Shown here in pieces: positions 34,169 to 39,169 of a stretch of DNA of 39,169 nucleotides. The position numbers were made by a program, and so were the translations under genes. Position 1 is the first letter of the stretch; every line of letters starts with the position of its first letter. The stretch comes from Octopus bimaculoides (taxonomy: Eukaryota): contig NC_068997.1 of NCBI RefSeq assembly GCF_001194135.2, positions 53,101,479 through 53,140,647 of the forward strand, written 5' to 3'. The notes under the pieces were generated by a model. That model worked only from the letters and a program-made list of their open reading frames with translations, searched no databases and was not told the origin of the DNA.

Positions 34169-34231
<63 letters not shown>

Positions 34232-34253
34232 TAATAATAATGATAATAATATG

Positions 34254-34284
<31 letters not shown>

Positions 34285-34400
34285 TAATAATAATAATGAT
34301 AATAATAATATGCGCTCGGTAGTGAAGTGAAAGCACGTTATAAAAATAAAACTACTGAACAATAATAATAATAATAATAATAATGATAATAATAACAATA
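34125..34400. repeat. (AAT)n microsatellite, interrupted at 34310-34360
   Basis: Direct reading. Confidence 0.95.
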
Positions 34401-34402
34401 AC

Positions 34403-34543
34403 GTAGAATGCACGGTAGAGCTTCTACAGAAAGTTTGTCTCTTAGGGACAGCAAGAATTATCAGGAGGGTTGTAAGCAGTGGAAAAACTGCTGAAAACTT
34501 GTGGATACCTAAGTTTACAGGTAGTAACCTGCTGCCCACATAA
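34403..34543 (+). mobile_element. R4/Dong-like RLE retroelement C-terminal fragment
   Basis: Open 46 codons VECTVELLQKVCLLGTARIIRRVVSSGKTAENLWIPKFTGSNLLPT*; LQK.CLLGTARI.R.V is the R4-clade terminal motif; directly preceded by (AAT)n. Confidence 0.75.
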
Positions 34544-34551
34544 GATCGAAC

Positions 34552-34587
34552 GATGATGCAGATGATGCAGATGATGCAGATGATGCA
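34552..34587 (+). repeat. (GATGATGCA)x4 9-bp tandem repeat grading into (GAT)n
   Basis: Four exact copies. Confidence 0.92.
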
Positions 34588-35199
34588 GATGATGATGATG
34601 ATGAATTTGAAGGTGAAATTTATGACGAGTTAGAAAAAAGAGCGAATTCGAACAGAATTTCGAACAATATGACAATGAAAATACAACGAACGTAATGAAA
34701 TTCAAAGAAAAATATTGAGACGGAGAACGAGAGAGTAAGAGACAGAGAGAGAGAGAGAGAGATTGAGTGTGTGTGTGTGTGGGGGGGGAGACTCGGAGAG
34801 AGAGATTAGAGATAGTGAGAGATAGAGAGTTAGTGAAAGAGAGTTAGAGATAGTGAGAGATAGAGAGTGGGAGAGAGAGAATAATAGAGAGTGAGAGGGT
34901 ATGTGTGAGAGAGAGAGAGAGAGAGGGGAAGAGAGAGAGAAAGAGGGATTGATGGATATATCTGTGTAAGAAGGAAAAAAAAGAGATGCCCGGATGTAGG
35001 ATTTTCATTTTTATTTCGTCCTTTTTGTCGTTGTCTTGGTCTGAATACCAGATCTATGACCTTTTGTAGTCGTCTACAACAACAACAACAACAACAATAA
35101 CAACAACAGCAGCAGCAGCAACAAAATACGAAATTAATAAATAAAAACTAAAAAATATGACGAATACATATAAATATATAAATTAAAAGACAGAAAGTG

Positions 35200-35210
35200 A
35201 TGAAGTTGAA

Positions 35211-35274
<64 letters not shown>

Positions 35275-35400
35275 TGATGATGACAATAATAATAATGATC
35301 ATAATAATAATGAAGATGATGATGATAATGATGATGTTGATGATGATCATGATGATGATAATAATAATAATAATAATAATAATATTGATAACAACAACTG
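35200..35400. repeat. Compound (AAT)n/(GAT)n array
   Basis: Direct reading. Confidence 0.95.
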
Positions 35401-35449
35401 TGGCACGAAAGATTGCGAACAAAACAGAGGCTCAGAGAAGGTGAAAGAC

Positions 35450-35495
<46 letters not shown>

Positions 35496-35858
35496 NNNNN
35501 NNNNNNNNNNNNNNNNNNNNNNNNNNNNNNNNNNNNNNNNNNNNNNNNNNNNNNNNNNNNNNNNNNNNNNNNNNNNNNNNNNNNNNNNNNNNNNNNNNNN
35601 NNNNNNNNNNNNNNNNNNNNNNNNNNNNNNNNNNNNNNNNNNNNNNNNNNNNNNNNNNNNNNNNNNNNNNNNNNNNNNNNNNNNNNNNNNNNNNNNNNNN
35701 NNNNNNNNNNNNNNNNNNNNNNNNNNNNNNNNNNNNNNNNNNNNNNNNNNNNNNNNNNNNNNNNNNNNNNNNNNNNNNNNNNNNNNNNNNNNNNNNNNNN
35801 NNNNNNNNNNNNNNNNNNNNNNNNNNNNNNNNNNNNNNNNNNNNNNNNNNNNNNNNNN

Positions 35859-35903
<45 letters not shown>

Positions 35904-35986
35904 ATAGTGAAATTTTGAGTTAAAAATGTCAGAGTTTATTCTGATCAGCGTCCTTCGACATTGCATTTGCTCTCGTCTTCACGCCC

Positions 35987-36025
<39 letters not shown>

Positions 36026-36196
36026 GCACAAACACACACACATGCACACATAGACGTACACACACGCATATACAAACACATTCTCATATATATTTGGGGC
36101 GTGTATGTGTACGTATATATAGATATACATGTGTGTGTTTGTGTGTGCTCGTATGTACGGGTGTCTGTGTATTCGTGTGTGTGCGTATGCCTGTTT

Positions 36197-36227
<31 letters not shown>

Positions 36228-36303
36228 CCATAGCTTTGGTTTGACGAAATCTTTGGCGCTGGAATTTGGTAGATGGAAAACCGAAGAAACCACTCGTCGT
36301 AGG
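36228..36303 (+). mobile_element. Degraded SINE 3' fragment (second head family)
   Basis: ggaatttggtagatggaaaaccgaagaaaccactcgtcgta resembles ggatttggtagacggaaactgaaagaagcccgtcgta. Confidence 0.6.
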
Positions 36304-36778
36304 GTCCATTCCNNNNNNNNNNNNNNNNNNNNNNNNNNNNNNNNNNNNNNNNNNNNNNNNNNNNNNNNNNNNNNNNNNNNNNNNNNNNNNNNNNNNNNNN
36401 NNNNNNNNNNNNNNNNNNNNNNNNNNNNNNNNNNNNNNNNNNNNNNNNNNNNNNNNNNNNNNNNNNNNNNNNNNNNNNNNNNNNNNNNNNNNNNNNNNNN
36501 NNNNNNNNNNNNNNNNNNNNNNNNNNNNNNNNNNNNNNNNNNNNNNNNNNNNNNNNNNNNNNNNNNNNNNNNNNNNNNNNNNNNNNNNNNNNNNNNNNNN
36601 NNNNNNNNNNNNNNNNNNNNNNNNNNNNNNNNNNNNNNNNNNNNNNNNNNNNNNNNNNNNNNNNNNNNNNNNNNNNNNNNNNNNNNNNNACACACACACA
36701 CAAACACACGCACGCATGCACACACACATAGTCAGACATGCATATACACACACCCAATTAGACATACATAGCGATATA

Positions 36779-36825
<47 letters not shown>

Positions 36826-37020
36826 AAACACGCACACACTCACACATACTCATTTAGACCGCTCTAATGACCCCTTTACGCCGAAACTTCCACAGCCTGC
36901 AGCTGCTTCTTCAGGCAACTTAAATTAGGTGAAGTGACACAACATGTTGTATATAAAGGACTTCAACACTCTATATCTGTATTGAATACTCCTCCCGGAT
37001 CGTTAATGAACAATGGAAGC

Positions 37021-37052
<32 letters not shown>

Positions 37053-39125
37053 ACACACATGCAGTAAGACTTAAGCTTCAAATACAATATTTGAAATATT
37101 TATAGTATTCTTGAAGAAAGAATTTCAAAGTGCTTCCTTTTTCGAATTAATACCAAAACAATTTTCACACCTTCCCGCGATATCTTTTCCCTGCTCAGAA
37201 GAAACAGGCAATACGGATGTTACCCGTTAATATTTAAGTTATTTCATTCTCCATTCATAGAGTTACTATATAAACCAAGACTCGGTTAAACCATGACGGT
37301 TTTCACCATTTAATAAAGACAATCTGTTCGTTGCTCTCAAATTTCGACTTCGTTTCCCATACACTCTGTTATTGCTATGACGAGAAGACTTTATGAATCC
37401 TGATTTCAGTGATTTGTAACCGCGTGACTCTTTGTACAATCCAAAGGCATGCTATCTTCACGGAAAGTATGGTAGATTGCCATCTTGAGCCTTCCTTGTC
37501 TTGCTGCATATATACATTTCAAGCAGATCAACGAGGAAGTCCTTACGTGATTTCTCAGCTGGATAGAATTAGATGACACATTTCCTTCCAATCACATTTT
37601 CTGATGTTAAAAAGAACATTAGATAATGTAGGTCGGGGCGCAATATCCGAAAGTAATACGGTAGCATTTCAATAAGCAAAAAAAAAACTCAATGTAAATT
37701 GTAGAGTACATTTGAAAGAGATCCACTTACTTCTTGGACAAAATTACAGGATAATCAATTACCCTATCTCTTTCAAATTAGATATTTACCACCAAATTTC
37801 ACTAACACCATAGCATCGCTTAATAAAATGAAAATGAACTACAAACACGCAGATAATATGAGAACACCGAAATGCAATCGCCGTTGACAAAGCATTTACC
37901 CAGTCAACGGTAATAGCTTAGAAAAACCAGGTACATGCAACAACACATTAATCAAAATATCAGTGGCTATATAGGGATAACTGCTAAGCAATGAAAGAAC
38001 AGAGCTTATCAACATAATTATACGCTTTGAACATTACAAAGGAGATGGGATGCAACACTGGCAACACTATCTGGTTTCTGAAAAATAGCAATACACCCCA
38101 TATTATTAAATGATGACTCTTTGGTAAATCAGCACCATATACACAATCAAATGTAACTTTTTGTAGCCTTTGCACTCTAGAAAGGTTATGAATTCTGAAA
38201 CACCCAACCAAAACATTGTATAAACACAGAATTAATTTTTTCATGCCCTCACATGCTAAAACATATCGTTAAATGCCATAATGGCAAGCCAACAACACTA
38301 ATAATATATCAAACAAAACACATTTTTCTCTCTTTCTTCCCTCTTCAAATAATATTTCGCGCCTTAATTAGTAGTAACGTCAGAGTGAACTCCCCTACAT
38401 AGCAATCATCTGACCTTTCCCAAAATAAACGAATATACAGGAATACAATAAATTAAATCATTCGTTCTTCTATTCCATTTACTTTTCAAAAACTCACACC
38501 GAAATTTTGTTTTACTTCTTTTAATAAATTGACACATTAACCGCCATCATATCATAATCACAGACACAAAATTATACATACATACATACAAACCTACATA
38601 TATACATACATACGTTAAAACCTGCATATATACATGCATAATACATACACACATTTAAATAGCAACACATTCATTCATCAAACTCTCTGAAGGAATACAC
38701 ATTTACAGAGGCAAGACTCATGCATATGAGAGTCAACAAAGATACGAGTCTTAAAAATTCAATAAACAACTACTGTCACGTAAGGATTGTTTTTATTTAT
38801 TTCAGGAATCAATGAATAGGTATGAAATAACAGACGCTATCCAACAATACCTGATAAGCCTTCCTCGTGCGAAACCTTAGTAATAAGCAAACACAACATA
38901 TAGCTATTAGTGTATAGACACACGTATGTATTTGGGTACACATATACACACCGACGGAAAGCAACAGAACCATTGTATTTACCAATAGTCAGAATAAAGC
39001 GTCAAGCAAACAGAATCGGAGATATACAGCTTCTCACAGACTCTTACGTACATACATACATGCACACATACATACACACGCACACACATATATGTATGTG
39101 TTTATTTATGTATCTATGTATATAC

Positions 39126-39169
<44 letters not shown>

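Noticed and set aside
37547-37600. 54-nt minus-strand exon-like unit with a good acceptor and CAC|gtaagg donor
   Set aside because: Stops in all three frames; could only be UTR or lncRNA, which the sequence cannot show.
37881-37910. 8-bp hairpin ccgttgac/gtcaacgg, and cctacac/gtgtagg near 33860
   Set aside because: Short stems are expected by chance in 30 kb.
1-39169. Long ORFs in the supplied track (YI-, HT-, CV-, LS-, N/I/M-rich and X-filled)
   Set aside because: They are translations of di-, tri- and tetranucleotide repeats or run through N-gaps; no protein signal.
1-39169. CRISPR array, rRNA, true tRNA genes or a prokaryotic operon
   Set aside because: No repeat-spacer periodicity or rRNA sequence; the tRNA-like boxes belong to SINE heads.

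Overview
AT-rich eukaryotic genomic DNA from a gappy draft assembly: 22 N-gaps totalling about 8.2 kb (~21%), nearly all bordered by (TA)n or another microsatellite. The microsatellite density and the recurring tRNA-headed SINE families point to an octopus (coleoid cephalopod); this is pattern recognition, not a database result. Almost all listed ORFs are microsatellite or gap artefacts. Recognisable coding remnants are retroelements: a CR1/Jockey-group LINE 3' end (14135-14720, -), a HERO-like restriction-like-endonuclease (RLE) element (25140-25790, -) and two R4/Dong-like RLE 3' ends beside (TAA)n tracts. There are also about 15 SINE copies or fragments, several MITEs (Tc1/mariner, Tigger/pogo, hAT, Kolobok-like), a Helitron-like end and several fold-back elements. 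The best host-gene candidate is an unannotated spliced minus-strand gene: TATA at 5935-5941, exon 5881-5727, exon 4285-4200, joined in frame and ending in a signal-peptide-like hydrophobic stretch. No prokaryotic-type system (CRISPR, operon), rRNA or true tRNA gene is supported, and I found no clearly novel biological system.
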